Below, one piece after another: positions 23,941 to 33,931 of a stretch of 64,000 bases of DNA; position 1 is the stretch's first letter; every line of letters begins with the position of its first letter. Position numbers and translations under genes: made by a program. Under the pieces are notes generated by a model. The model did no database searches and had not been told where the DNA came from. It worked only from the letters and a program-made list of their open reading frames with translations. The stretch is from an uncultured delta proteobacterium. GTDB lineage: Bacteria > Myxococcota_A > Polyangia > Polyangiales > B10-G4. Location of the stretch: the NCBI GenBank assembly GCA_963727445.1, contig CAVSGI010000014.1, forward strand, positions 1 to 64,000, written 5' to 3'.

Positions 23941-25174
23941 GCTTCGCGAAGGCCAGGGTGACGTTGGTCCCACCGAAGCCGAAGGAGTTCGAGAGCGCCA
24001 CGCCGATGTCGCGCTTGCGCGCCTCGTGTGGCAGGAGCTCGAGGCCCTCGCAGCCTTCTTCGGGATCGTCGAGGTTGATGGTCGGTGGCGCGATGCCGTC
24101 GCGGATGGCCAGCGCCGTGAGCACCCCTTCGAGTCCGCCGGCCCCGCCGAGGAGGTGACCGTGCATACTCTTGGTGCTGGAGACCCAGAGGCCGTTCTTC
24201 GCGTGATCGCCGAAGACCGCGTTGATCGCCAACAGCTCCTGCATGTCGCCGGTGGGCGTGGAGGTTCCGTGGGCGTTGATGTAGTCGACGCGCTCGCGAT
24301 CCACCTTGGCGTCGGCGAGCGCCTGGCGCATCGCGCGCTGAGCGCCCTCACCTTCCGGAGCCGGCTGGGTCAAATGGTAGGCGTCCGCGGTGGCGCCATA
24401 GCCCACCACCTCGGCGAGGATGTTGGCACCGCGCGCGATCGCGGCTTCGCGCTCCTCGAGGACCATCACGCCCGCGCCCTCCCCGATGACGAAGCCGTCG
24501 CGTCCCTTGTCGAAGGGCCGGCTCGCCTTCTCCGGCTCGTCATTGCGAACCGAGAGCGCCCGGAGCGCGGTGAAGCCGGCGACGCCGAGGGGGGTCACCG
24601 CCGCCTCCGCTCCGCCCGCGAGAGCGGCGTCGCAGTCGCCCCGCTGGATCCACTTGAAGGCTTCGCCGATGGCGTGAGCGCCGGAGGAGCAGGCGCTGGT
24701 CGTGGTGTAGCTCGGCCCCTTGAGGTCGAAGCGCATGGACACCTGGCCGGGCGCGAGGTTCGCGATGGCGGAGGGGATGAAGTAGGGCGAAACCCTGCGC
24801 GGCCCCTTGTCGAAGAGCGCCCTGGCGTTCTTCTCGATGATCTCCATCGCGCACATGCCGACGCCGATGAAGGTGCCGGTGCGCTCCTTCAGGCGGTCGT
24901 CGGGCTCGAACCCGGCGCTCTCGATCGCTTCTTCGGAGGCGGCGATGGCGAGATGAATGAAGCGGCCCATCTCGCGGACGCGCTTCTTCTCGATGTACTT
25001 CTCCGGATCGAATCCGGTGCACTCGCCCGCGATCGTCGAGGCGTGCTTCGACGCGTCGAAGCCCTCGATGGTCGCAATCCCGCTCTTACCGGCGACGATG
25101 TTGTCCCAGCTGGTGACGAGATCGATACCGCACGGGCTGACGGCCCCGGCTCCGGTGATCACGACCCTTCGCAT
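23933..25174 (-). CDS. fabF: 3-oxoacyl-ACP synthase II
   Basis: RRVVITG, TSACSSGAH, YINAHGTSTPTGD, STKSMHGHLLG, SNSFGFGGTN. Confidence 0.97.
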   Translation of the reverse strand: MRRVVITGAGAVSPCGIDLVTSWDNIVAGKSGIATIEGFDASKHASTIAGECTGFDPEKYIEKKRVREMGRFIHLAIAASEEAIESAGFEPDDRLKERTGTFIGVGMCAMEIIEKNARALFDKGPRRVSPYFIPSAIANLAPGQVSMRFDLKGPSYTTTSACSSGAHAIGEAFKWIQRGDCDAALAGGAEAAVTPLGVAGFTALRALSVRNDEPEKASRPFDKGRDGFVIGEGAGVMVLEEREAAIARGANILAEVVGYGATADAYHLTQPAPEGEGAQRAMRQALADAKVDRERVDYINAHGTSTPTGDMQELLAINAVFGDHAKNGLWVSSTKSMHGHLLGGAGGLEGVLTALAIRDGIAPPTINLDDPEEGCEGLELLPHEARKRDIGVALSNSFGFGGTNVTLAFAKHV

Positions 25175-25234
25175 GGCTCGACTCCGTTCGACGTCGACCT
25201 CCAGCCGCGGGCGAGAGCGCCCGCGGCCGAGCGA

Positions 25235-25468
25235 TCACGAGTTGCGGGCCTGGATGTACGAAATGGCATCGCCGACAGTGCGGATCTTCTCCGTGTCCTC
25301 GTCGGGGATGTCGATCTCGAACTGCTCTTCGAACGCGAGGACCAGCTCGACGATCGCCAACGAGTCGGCGCCGAGGTCGTCGATGAAGGCCGATTCTTCC
25401 TTGATGTTGGCCTTGTCGACGTCGAGCTGCTGAGAAACGATTTCCTTGACCTTGTCTCCGATTTCCAT
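25235..25468 (-). CDS. acpP: Acyl carrier protein
   Basis: [31 protein letters not shown]. Confidence 0.97.
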   Translation of the reverse strand: MEIGDKVKEIVSQQLDVDKANIKEESAFIDDLGADSLAIVELVLAFEEQFEIDIPDEDTEKIRTVGDAISYIQARNS

Positions 25469-25500
25469 CTTCCGCTCTCCGGGCCTTCTGGCCCATGGTT

Positions 25501-26247
25501 TCAGACGTACATGCCGCCGTTGACGCGCAGCACTTGACCCGTGATGTAAGACGCTTCGTCGCTCGCCAGGAAGAGCACCGCCGCGGCGACCTCTTCCGGC
25601 TTTCCGATTCTTCCGACCGGTGTTTGTTCGACGATTCCCTTTTGCGCTTCCTCCGGCAGATACGCCGTCATGTCCGTCTCGATGAAGCCGGGCGCGACCG
25701 CATTCACCGTGATTCCGCGCGATGCGTACTCCCGAGCCAGCGTCTTCGTCAAGCCGATGACGCCCGCTTTGGTGCTCGAGTAGACCGCCTGACCGGGATT
25801 GCCCGACTCCCCGACGACGCTGGAGAGGTTGATGATGCGTCCATGCTTCTTCCGCATCATGGGACGGATCGCCGCCTTGGCGCACCAGAGCGCTCCCCCC
25901 AGGTTGGTGCGCACCGTGGCCTCGAAATCCTCGTCCTTGACGCGCATCAGCAGCCCGTCGCGACTGATCCCGGCGTTGTTGACCAGGATGTCGACGTGCC
26001 CATGGGCCTTGAAGAGCTCGCTGATGGCCTCGTCCACGGCCTTGGCGTCGCCGACATCGAAGCGGCGGATCTCCGCGCTTCCCCCGGCCTCGCCGACGAG
26101 GCGCGCGGTCTCCGTCGCGGCCTCCTCGTTGCCCTGATAGTTCACCACCACGTGGGCGCCGGCACGGCCGAGGGCGACCGAGATGGCGCGGCCGATCCCC
26201 CGGCTGCCTCCCGTCACTACCGCGACTCTGCCCGAAAGCGAAAACAC
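25501..26247 (-). CDS. fabG: 3-oxoacyl-ACP reductase
   Basis: GTG start after [31 protein letters not shown]. Confidence 0.97.
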   Translation of the reverse strand: MFSLSGRVAVVTGGSRGIGRAISVALGRAGAHVVVNYQGNEEAATETARLVGEAGGSAEIRRFDVGDAKAVDEAISELFKAHGHVDILVNNAGISRDGLLMRVKDEDFEATVRTNLGGALWCAKAAIRPMMRKKHGRIINLSSVVGESGNPGQAVYSSTKAGVIGLTKTLAREYASRGITVNAVAPGFIETDMTAYLPEEAQKGIVEQTPVGRIGKPEEVAAAVLFLASDEASYITGQVLRVNGGMYV

Positions 26248-26258
26248 GTTCGTCCTCC

Positions 26259-27266
26259 TCAAAGACGCACCAGGGCGCTGCCCCAGGCGATCCCTCCCCC
26301 GAGGGCGCACATCAGAAGATTCTGGCCGGGCTTGAGCGAGCCGTCCCGCACACCCTCGTCGAGGGCGATGGGCACCGAGGCGCTCGAGGTGTTCCCGTAC
26401 TTGTCGATGTTCAGATAGAACCGGTCCATCGGGATGCCGCAGCGCTTGGAGACGGCCTCCAGGATGCGGCTGTTCGCCTGATGAGGAACGACCCAGTCCA
26501 CCTGGTCGGCGGTCAGCCCGGCGCGCTCGATGGCCGCCACGCTCGCCGAGGTCAGGTTCTTCACCGCGACCTTGAAGATGTCGCGGCCCAGCATGTGGAC
26601 CAGGTGTCGCTTCTTGTCGACGGTGTCGTGGGTGGTGGGCTCGCGTGAGCCTCCGCCCGGAATGCAGAGCGACTCCGCCAGACGCCCATCGCCGTAGATG
26701 TGCGTCGAGACGATCCCGCGACCGTCATCCCGTCCCGGACTGACCACCACCGCACCTGCGCCGTCACCGAAGAGGACGCAGGTCGTGCGGTCGTTCCAGT
26801 CGAGGACGCGCGACAAGAGCTCGACGCCGATCACCAGCACGTGCTTCGCCGCACCCGACTTCACGTACTGATCGGCGATGGAGAGCGCGTAGATGAAGCC
26901 GGCGCAGGCAGCGGCCAGGTCGAAGCCCGGCACCTCGTTGCGCGCGCCGATCTTCTGCTGGACGAACATCGCGGTCGACGGCAGCGGCATGTCCGGAGTC
27001 ACGGTGGCGACCAGGATCAGATCGATGTCGGTCGCCGCCAGCTCCGCCTTGACCAGCGCCCGACGCGCCGCTTCGGCTGCCATGTCGCTGGTGGATTCGC
27101 CGTCGGCCGCGACGCGTCGCTCGTGAATACCCGTACGCCCCACGATCCATTGATCGGTGGTGTCGACCATCTTCTCGAGATCGAAGTTGGTCAGCACCTT
27201 CTCCGGTACGTAATGCCCGGTCCCCGAAATCCGCGATGCGGGGTGGATGGTGGAGGACGCGCTCAT
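26259..27266 (-). CDS. fabH: 3-oxoacyl-ACP synthase III
   Basis: [26 protein letters not shown]. Confidence 0.97.
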   Translation of the reverse strand: MSASSTIHPASRISGTGHYVPEKVLTNFDLEKMVDTTDQWIVGRTGIHERRVAADGESTSDMAAEAARRALVKAELAATDIDLILVATVTPDMPLPSTAMFVQQKIGARNEVPGFDLAAACAGFIYALSIADQYVKSGAAKHVLVIGVELLSRVLDWNDRTTCVLFGDGAGAVVVSPGRDDGRGIVSTHIYGDGRLAESLCIPGGGSREPTTHDTVDKKRHLVHMLGRDIFKVAVKNLTSASVAAIERAGLTADQVDWVVPHQANSRILEAVSKRCGIPMDRFYLNIDKYGNTSSASVPIALDEGVRDGSLKPGQNLLMCALGGGIAWGSALVRL

Positions 27267-27268
27267 CG

Positions 27269-27463
27269 TCAGCTATCGGCGTCTTCGGTTCCCTGCTCGA
27301 CCTGACGGCCCTTGTAGTGACCGCACGAGGGGCACACCCGATGGGGCACCATCATGTCGCCACAGTTGGGACAGGGGATCAGGTTGGGCGCAGTCACCTT
27401 GTCGTGATTGGCACGCCGCTGATCTCGCTTCATACGCGACGTTCGTCGCTTCGGAACGGCCAC
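27269..27463 (-). CDS. rpmF: 50S ribosomal protein L32 (zinc-binding CxxC form)
   Basis: MAVPKRRTS...CPNCG..PHRVCPSCGHYKGR. Confidence 0.97.
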   Translation of the reverse strand: MAVPKRRTSRMKRDQRRANHDKVTAPNLIPCPNCGDMMVPHRVCPSCGHYKGRQVEQGTEDADS

Positions 27464-27467
27464 GATC

Positions 27468-28016
27468 TCACTCCTTCTTGGGGAACATTCGGTCGGCGAG
27501 TGCTTCGAGGCCCTTCAGGCCCTTCCGTTCGCCGAAGTCTTTGGGTCCACGCACGTGCTCGGGGACCTCGATGCCGGGGCACGACTCTCTGCAGAGCGGC
27601 TGCATCGGAACCTCGAGGATGATCGACTCTCGCACCAGCTCGTCGAGGTCGATGTCGTCGCCGGTGTAGAACTCGCGCGCGATCTCCTCGGGGGTCAGCT
27701 CGAGCTCGTCCGGCTCCGGCCGATGCCCCTCACCCTTCGCGGTGAAGAGCGCCGCCAGGTCCACGTCGACGGGCACCGGCGCGTCCTCGAGACACCGGAC
27801 GCAGTCGGCGAAGATCCGCGTCTTGATCTTGCCCGTGACCACGATGTCGTCGCCCGATCGCTGGGCGAAGAGGTCCAACGCCCCGTCCTCGGCGCCCATG
27901 TCCGCCCGGAGGTCGGTCGTGGAGAGAGCGGACGCGATCCACCCCGGCGAGAGCTCGAAGTGATAGCTCTTGCCCTCGGAGTCGACGTCGGGGACGTGGA
28001 TCGCGAAGTGGGCCAT
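27468..28016 (-). CDS. yceD: YceD/DUF177 family protein
   Basis: CVRCLE, IDLDELVRESIILEVPMQPLCRESCPG; directly upstream of rpmF. Confidence 0.92.
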   Translation of the reverse strand: MAHFAIHVPDVDSEGKSYHFELSPGWIASALSTTDLRADMGAEDGALDLFAQRSGDDIVVTGKIKTRIFADCVRCLEDAPVPVDVDLAALFTAKGEGHRPEPDELELTPEEIAREFYTGDDIDLDELVRESIILEVPMQPLCRESCPGIEVPEHVRGPKDFGERKGLKGLEALADRMFPKKE

Positions 28017-28076
28017 GGGGGCAATTTGGCGGAATTGCAGAAAGAAACAGGGCCTCAGGGCCCTGCGGAACGCGCC

Positions 28077-28104
28077 ACTATACGAGCCGCTTTTCGGGTG
28101 TCAA
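28077..28104 (-). promoter_or_regulatory. Sigma70-type promoter for the yceD-rpmF-fab operon
   Basis: Minus strand TTGACA (28104-28099), 16 nt spacer, TATAGT (28082-28077), followed by GC-rich GGCGCG discriminator. Confidence 0.8.
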
Positions 28105-28111
28105 GCAGGCC

Positions 28112-29698
28112 TCAGGACCCGCCAAACACCAGGAAGTACGCGGTCGCGAGGGCTGCCAGCAGCACCACCATCACGAGGGCGACGACCTTTCTCTTCCCCG
28201 TCCCCGAGGAGCGGATGGGGGGCGGGGCGACGCCGCTGGCATCGGAGTGGGGGAGCACGATTCTGGGACGGCTCGGTGGGGCGGAGCGGTCGCGCCCGCC
28301 AGCGGGGCTCTCGTCCAGGGCGGGCACGGGCGCCGGGTCGGGGGTGGGCCCTTCGACCCGCAGCTCACCTTTTGGACCGCGCCGCATCTTGACGCCCGGT
28401 CGGGTGGGGGGCTCGGAGGCCGCCGGCGCCTTTCCTCGCGGGGCGGTCTGCGGCTCCGGCTCGCTGTCCTCCTCCAAGTCCAACACCACGGCGATGTCCA
28501 CCACCGCTTCCGGCTCGGGGGCGAGCGAGGGGTCGTCCTCGGCGCTGGGCTCCTCGAGGCTCGCCAACAGAACGTCCACCGGGTCTTCGGGGGGCGGCTC
28601 GGAGATGGGGGCCTTGCGGCGCCGCCCGCTCTTTTCGGAGGGATGGGCGATGTCGCTGCCGAGGGAGGTCTCCGAATGCAGGTCATGGACCGTGAGCACC
28701 CCGGGGCCCGAGGTGCCGTCGTCGGCCCCGAGCAGCGCCTGGCGCACCGCGAGGCGATCGTCGAAGTGGCGCTTCATGTACTCCGCCACCTGGGCGGCCC
28801 CGGCCGGCTGGCCCCGCTTGTAGAGGAACGCTTCGAGGTCGTCGGCGAGGGCCTTTGCGTCCGGATAGCGCGCGCCGCGGTTTCGCTCGATCGCCTTCAG
28901 CACGATCGTCTCGAGCTCCGGCGGATAGAACGGCCGCGCGGTGCGGGGCGGCTCGATCTCGGACATCACGACGTTGCGCGCGGTCTCCGCCGAGGAGTCC
29001 GCGCGGAAGAGGCGCCGGCCGACGGTCGCCTCCCACAACACGACGCCGAGCGCCCAGACGTCCGCCTGGCGATCGATGATCGCGCCCGCCCCGAGCTGCT
29101 CGGGTGCGAGGTATGCGATCTTGCCTTTGACCTGACCGACCTTCGTCGAGGAGATGTTGCTGCGCGCGCGGGCGATGCCGAAGTCGATGACCTTGGCGTG
29201 CCCGTCGTAGAGGATGACGAGGTTCTGTGGCGAGACGTCGCGATGAACGATGTCGTAGGAGCGGCCATCGGGATCTTTGAGCTCGTGGGCGGCGTGGAGC
29301 CCCCGGGCGGCGTCGGCCACCGTGCGCGCCGCGAGCCAGTAGGGAAAGCCGTTGGGCCCGCGCCAGGCACGGCGAATGATCGACGAGAGGGTCTCCCCCT
29401 CGAGGTACTCCATCACCAGGTAGACCAGCCCGTCCTGCTCGCCGAAGTCGAGGACGCTGCAGACGTTCGGGTGATGGATCTTCGAGGCGGTTCGCGCCTC
29501 GTCGAAGAGCATCCTCTTGAATGTCTCGTCCGCCGCGTGGTTGGAGTGGATGACCTTGATCGCGACCCAGCGGGAGAAGTCGTGAGCGCCGCCGAGCTGG
29601 GCCAGATAGACCGCCGCCATGCCGCCCTCGGCGATCTTGAAACGGAGCCGATACCTCCCGATCTGCGTGCCCTCGAGCCCCCGGGCCGGAGCGATCAT
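28112..29698 (-). CDS. Membrane-anchored Hanks-type Ser/Thr protein kinase
   Basis: IAEGGMAAVY, VAIK, HRDVSPQN, DFGIA, YLAPE, DVWALG; C-terminal TM helix. Confidence 0.95.
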   Translation of the reverse strand: MIAPARGLEGTQIGRYRLRFKIAEGGMAAVYLAQLGGAHDFSRWVAIKVIHSNHAADETFKRMLFDEARTASKIHHPNVCSVLDFGEQDGLVYLVMEYLEGETLSSIIRRAWRGPNGFPYWLAARTVADAARGLHAAHELKDPDGRSYDIVHRDVSPQNLVILYDGHAKVIDFGIARARSNISSTKVGQVKGKIAYLAPEQLGAGAIIDRQADVWALGVVLWEATVGRRLFRADSSAETARNVVMSEIEPPRTARPFYPPELETIVLKAIERNRGARYPDAKALADDLEAFLYKRGQPAGAAQVAEYMKRHFDDRLAVRQALLGADDGTSGPGVLTVHDLHSETSLGSDIAHPSEKSGRRRKAPISEPPPEDPVDVLLASLEEPSAEDDPSLAPEPEAVVDIAVVLDLEEDSEPEPQTAPRGKAPAASEPPTRPGVKMRRGPKGELRVEGPTPDPAPVPALDESPAGGRDRSAPPSRPRIVLPHSDASGVAPPPIRSSGTGKRKVVALVMVVLLAALATAYFLVFGGS

Positions 29699-29711
29699 GG
29701 GCTCGATCTTA

Positions 29712-30629
29712 TCAGGGGGAGGCGAGCCCGTCTGGGCCGAGGGAGAAGAAAGCTGGGCCCGACGGGGGTCGCTCTCCATCACCACGCACGGCCGCGGGGC
29801 CGGCGATCCGGCGCAGAACCTCCGAACGCTCGGGGCTGGTGCCGACCACGCGGCCGGCCGCCTCTCGCGGCCAGGCGTAGAGACCGCCGGAGGCCGAGAT
29901 GGCCTCGATGAGCTCGGCGAGCGCGGGCGAGCCCGCATCGGCGCCGCCGATGCCCTCCGCGATGCCGCCGGTCGGCGCCGCCCAGGCGACGAGGTAGCGA
30001 CGCTCGCCCTGTGCCGGATTGTCGAGCCGGTCGGCGCGGGCCTCGAGGTCGTCGGCGCTGAACCCGCAGGCATCGTCGGTGCGGGCGTATCGACCGCCCG
30101 GTGCGCCCGCGATCGGGATCAAGCTCTGGCCCGCGACAGAAATGCGATCGAGGCCGGACGCGTCGATGACGAGACCCCACGATTCGGCCTCTTCGAGGCC
30201 CTCCGCCACGAGGGTGGCGTCGTCGCGCCCGCCCGGGACGAGGAAGACGGGAAGCTCGAGCGCGCCGAGGGCGCGCAAGGTCGCGGAGAGGGCCTCGGCG
30301 TCATCACCCAGATCGCCGACCACGAGGACGAAGGAGAGATCGGCCTCGCGCACGGGGCCGAGCGCCTCTTCGAGATCGACCTGGGCAGGCGCTGGGCCCG
30401 CGAAGGCGGCGAAGCGAACGGGAGGCTCCGGGCCTTCGAGGGTCGCGACGCGATCTTCGATGCGGACGGTGACGTCCCCCAGCGTTCCTCCCCGCTCCGG
30501 ATCGGGCGGGTCCGCCGCGAGACAGCGCACGTGGGGAAAGGGCTCTTGGGCGCGGAGCCCTTCGGCGCCTCCGCCGCACGAGCCACAGCCCAAGAGGGGG
30601 AAAAGCAGGAGAGCGAGGAGGCGGCGCAC
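29712..30629 (-). CDS. Lipoprotein with degenerate metallophosphoesterase-like fold
   Basis: Lipobox PLLGC; VLVVGDLGDD and PVFLVPGGRDD sit where GDxxD and PGNHD occur in the family. Confidence 0.6.
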   Translation of the reverse strand: MRRLLALLLFPLLGCGSCGGGAEGLRAQEPFPHVRCLAADPPDPERGGTLGDVTVRIEDRVATLEGPEPPVRFAAFAGPAPAQVDLEEALGPVREADLSFVLVVGDLGDDAEALSATLRALGALELPVFLVPGGRDDATLVAEGLEEAESWGLVIDASGLDRISVAGQSLIPIAGAPGGRYARTDDACGFSADDLEARADRLDNPAQGERRYLVAWAAPTGGIAEGIGGADAGSPALAELIEAISASGGLYAWPREAAGRVVGTSPERSEVLRRIAGPAAVRGDGERPPSGPAFFSLGPDGLASP

Positions 30630-30661
30630 GACCGAGGGATACGTGCTGTCGGCGCTTCGCC

Positions 30662-31648
30662 TCAAGGAAAACCGAAGCCGCCCAGGCCGTCGGCCAGGTC
30701 GAGGGCGAGCCACGCGCCGGCGAGCTGGGCCACGACGAGGCTCGTCACGAAGAGCGCGCGGCGCCTCCGCGTCACGCGCGCAGGGGACAGGGACGGCGCG
30801 GCGAGGACGGCCAGCGCGAGAAGCGGAAGTGCGACGGCGGCGTAGTAGAGGAAGGCGTCGCCGGTCGCCGGCTCGTAGAGCTCGGCGATGATCGCGGGAA
30901 CCGTCAACACGTACGCCGCCGCGGCGGCCTGCTTCCACGACAGGCGTCCGAAGGTCTGGCGCGGATGGCGGATTGGCCACGCGAGCGCGAGGAGGCTCAC
31001 GAGGGCGAGGCAGAAGATCACCGCCGCCGCCATCCGCATGCGCGCGCGTGCGACCTCGGCTTCGAGCGCGCGGCCTTCGAATGTTTCGCTCAGACCTTCG
31101 TCCGAGAGGGTGCGAAGCGCCGCGCTCGTCTGGCCGAGCGCGGCGTTCGCCTCTGCGCGCGCGACGCCGACCGTGCGGCGGCGTGCGGAGGAGAGCGTCG
31201 GCGAGGCCGCGAGCGCTTCGTAGATGGGAAGCGCGCGCGCCGGATTGTCCCGCCGGCGAAACCAGCTCTCCGCCAGAAGGAAGAGCGCGTCGTCGCGCAC
31301 GGATCCGGGGGGCATGTCCCGGGTCGCGCGCTCGAAGGCGACCAGGCGATCATCGGTGGGCTGGGCGCGACGCATCTCCTCGAGCGCGGCGAGGGAGGTG
31401 AAGCTTCCGTCGGGGTCCCGCCGCGCGCGGAGGTAGTCGGCGCGTTGCTCGGCGCGGCGCCCGGCGCGGGTCCCCCTTCCCTCTTCGGAAGCGCGCTCGT
31501 AGGCCTCGAAGGCCGCGGCGAAGTCGGCCGAGCGCTCGGCCCCGCGCCCCGCTTCGAGAAGGTCGGCCGGCTCGCTCTGGGCGAAGGCGAGCCCCGGCCC
31601 TAGAGACAACAGGACCCAGACCCCCATCGCTTGGACCGCGGAGCGCAT
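30662..31648 (-). CDS. Exported TPR-like protein with C-terminal multi-TM region
   Basis: Signal peptide GLAFAQ, helical TPR-like body, four hydrophobic segments at the C-terminus. Confidence 0.6.
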   Translation of the reverse strand: MRSAVQAMGVWVLLSLGPGLAFAQSEPADLLEAGRGAERSADFAAAFEAYERASEEGRGTRAGRRAEQRADYLRARRDPDGSFTSLAALEEMRRAQPTDDRLVAFERATRDMPPGSVRDDALFLLAESWFRRRDNPARALPIYEALAASPTLSSARRRTVGVARAEANAALGQTSAALRTLSDEGLSETFEGRALEAEVARARMRMAAAVIFCLALVSLLALAWPIRHPRQTFGRLSWKQAAAAAYVLTVPAIIAELYEPATGDAFLYYAAVALPLLALAVLAAPSLSPARVTRRRRALFVTSLVVAQLAGAWLALDLADGLGGFGFP

Positions 31649-31667
31649 TTTCGCTACACCGTACTCG

Positions 31668-31802
31668 ATGACGACCATCATCATCACCGCTCTCGCCATA
31701 GGCGCCGTCGTGGGCGGTGGGATCGGGTTCAAGCTGGGCCGAGGCTACGAGCGCATCCGGCCCACCAAGAAGACGAAGAAGAAAAAGACGACAGCCCAAT
31801 GA
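31668..31802 (+). CDS. Small membrane peptide, 44 aa (below the ORF-track cutoff)
   Basis: MTTIIITALAIGAVVGGGIGFKLGRGYERIRPTKKTKKKKTTAQ; stop overlaps the MoxR ATG (ATGA). Confidence 0.65.
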   Translation: MTTIIITALAIGAVVGGGIGFKLGRGYERIRPTKKTKKKKTTAQ

Positions 31803-32644
31803 CTGAGAGCTTCACCCGCTTCGGCGGCACCGAATCCTATCTGACGAACGACGTCGCTCGAGGCGGCCGTGAACTGCGCGCTGGCCCTGGAGAAGCCGCT
31901 CCTCGTCCGGGGCGAGCCGGGGACGGGCAAGACCCTCCTCGCCGAGGCGGTCGCCGAGGCGCTTCGACATGCAGCTCATCACGCTGGCACGTGAAGAGCA
32001 CGACCCGCGCGCAGGACGGCCTCTACGTCTACGACACGGTGCAGCGTCTCTACGACTCGCGCTTCGGCGACGGCGACGTCCGGGACATCAATCGATACAT
32101 CAAGATGGGCCCGCTCGGGCGCGCTTTCGCGCTCGGACGAGCGGGTCGTGCTGCTCATCGACGAGATCGACAAGGCGGACATCGAGTTCCCGAACGATCT
32201 ACTGCACGAGCTCGACCGGATGCGCTTCGTGGTCGAAGAGACCGGCGAAGAGGTCGCGGCGAAGCATCGCCCGGTGGTGATCATCACCAGCAACGCCGAG
32301 AAGGAGCTCCCCGACGCTTTCTTGCGCCGCTGCGTCTTCCACTTCATCGACTTCCCGACGCCGGAGCTGATGCGGCGCATCGTCGACGTGCACCATCCGC
32401 AGCTCGACGCGTCGCTCGCGACCCAGGCCATCGAGACCTTCTACGAGCTCCGCTCGATGAAGCGCCTGCGCAAGCGCCCGAGCACCAGCGAGCTCGTGGA
32501 CTGGATCGCGGTGCTCGAGCGCGCGGGCGTCCGCGACGTCAAGCTCGATCAGTCGATGCCCTTCCTCGGCACGCTGCTGAAGAAGGAGCAGGACCTGGTC
32601 GCGCTCGCGGATCAGCTCGCCGGCGGCCGAGCTGGCGGTCCTGA
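31799..32644 (+). CDS. MoxR/CoxD-like AAA+ ATPase, frameshifted
   Basis: PLLVRGEPGTGKT, WHVKSTTRAQDGLYVYD, LLIDEIDKAD, TSNAEKELPDAFLRRC. Confidence 0.92.
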   Translation: MTESFTRFGGTESYLTNDVARGGRELRAGPGEAAPRPGRAGDGQDPPRRGGRRGASTCSSSRWHVKSTTRAQDGLYVYDTVQRLYDSRFGDGDVRDINRYIKMGPLGRAFALGRAGRAAHRRDRQGGHRVPERSTARARPDALRGRRDRRRGRGEASPGGDHHQQRREGAPRRFLAPLRLPLHRLPDAGADAAHRRRAPSAARRVARDPGHRDLLRAPLDEAPAQAPEHQRARGLDRGARARGRPRRQARSVDALPRHAAEEGAGPGRARGSARRRPSWRS

Positions 32645-32651
32645 CGCCGAG

Positions 32652-33850
32652 ATGATTCGTCCCGTTCCTCTACGAGCTGCGCGCGCGCGACGTGCCGGTG
32701 GGGACGCAGGAGGCGCTCGCGCTCGCGCGGGCGCTGCGGCGCGGCTGCACGAGAGCTCGAGCTCGACGGCTTCTATCACGTGGCTCGGGCGCTCCTGGTG
32801 CACTCCGAGGCGCACCTGGACGACTTCGACCAGGCGTTCCTGAAGCACTTCGAGGGCGTCGAGGTCGAGGCGAAGGCGCTGAAGGACGAGCTCTTCGACT
32901 GGCTCCGCGAAGCCGCGGAGCGACGCCACGAGCTCACCGAAGAAGAGCGCGCGCTGCTCGAGCAGTTCGACCTCGAGGAGCTCCGCCGCATGTTCGAGGA
33001 GCGCCTGCGCGAACAGGACGAGCGCCACGACGGCGGCAACAAGTGGATCGGGACCGGCGGCACCTCGCCCTTCGGGCACTCGGGCAAAGCGGCGCGCGAG
33101 GGTTTCCGGGTCGGGGGCCCAGGCGGCGGCCGGAGCGCGGTGAAGGTCGCCGACGCGCGCCGCTATCGTCCGTATCGGAGCGACCTCACCCTCGACGTCC
33201 GGCAGATGGCGGTGGCGCTACGCAAGCTCCGCGCCTTCGCGCGCGAGGGCGGCGAAGAGGAGCTCGACCTCGAAGCGACCATCGACGAGACGGCGAAGAA
33301 CGCGGGCGAGCTCGAGATCGTGACGCGCCCGCCGCGACGGCCGAACACGCGCGTGATCCTGATGATGGACGTCGGCGGCTCGATGGATCCCGTACGCCCA
33401 CCTGGTCTCGCGCCTCTTCACGCGCCGCGAGCAAGGCGACGCACTTCAAGGAGCTCCGGACCTACTACTTCCACAACTGCGTCTACGGCCACGTCTACGA
33501 AGACGGAGACGTTCGACGACCCGTCCGCGTGCAGCGACGTGCTCGCCGACTGCGGCCCCCACTACAAGCTCATCGTGGTCGGCGACGCGCTGATGGCTCC
33601 CTACGAGCTCCTCCACGCCGGCGGCGCGCTCGACCTCGGCGAGGACACGGCGTCGAAGGCATCGTCTGGCTGATGAAGCTCGAGGACCACTTCGACCGCA
33701 GCGTGTTGGCTCAACCCCGAGCCGGAGCAGTACTGGCACGGCAACACCATCGAGTACATCCGCAACGTCTTCGAGATGTTCCCGCTGACCTTGAGCGGCC
33801 TCGGCGAAGCGGTGACGCATCTGGTGAAGGCGCAGCGCGCGAGGTCGTAG
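32652..33850 (+). CDS. VWA-domain (CoxE-like) partner of MoxR, frameshifted
   Basis: HDGGNKWIGTGGTSPFG, MDVGGSMDP MIDAS motif, YYFHNCVY, VGDALMAPYEL, WLNPEP. Confidence 0.9.
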
Positions 33851-33931
33851 GGGGACGCGGATTCGAGGCGGCGCGACCGCTGTTCGACGCGAAGCGCCCG
33901 CGTCCGTGATCGCGCGGGGTACACTCGCCCC

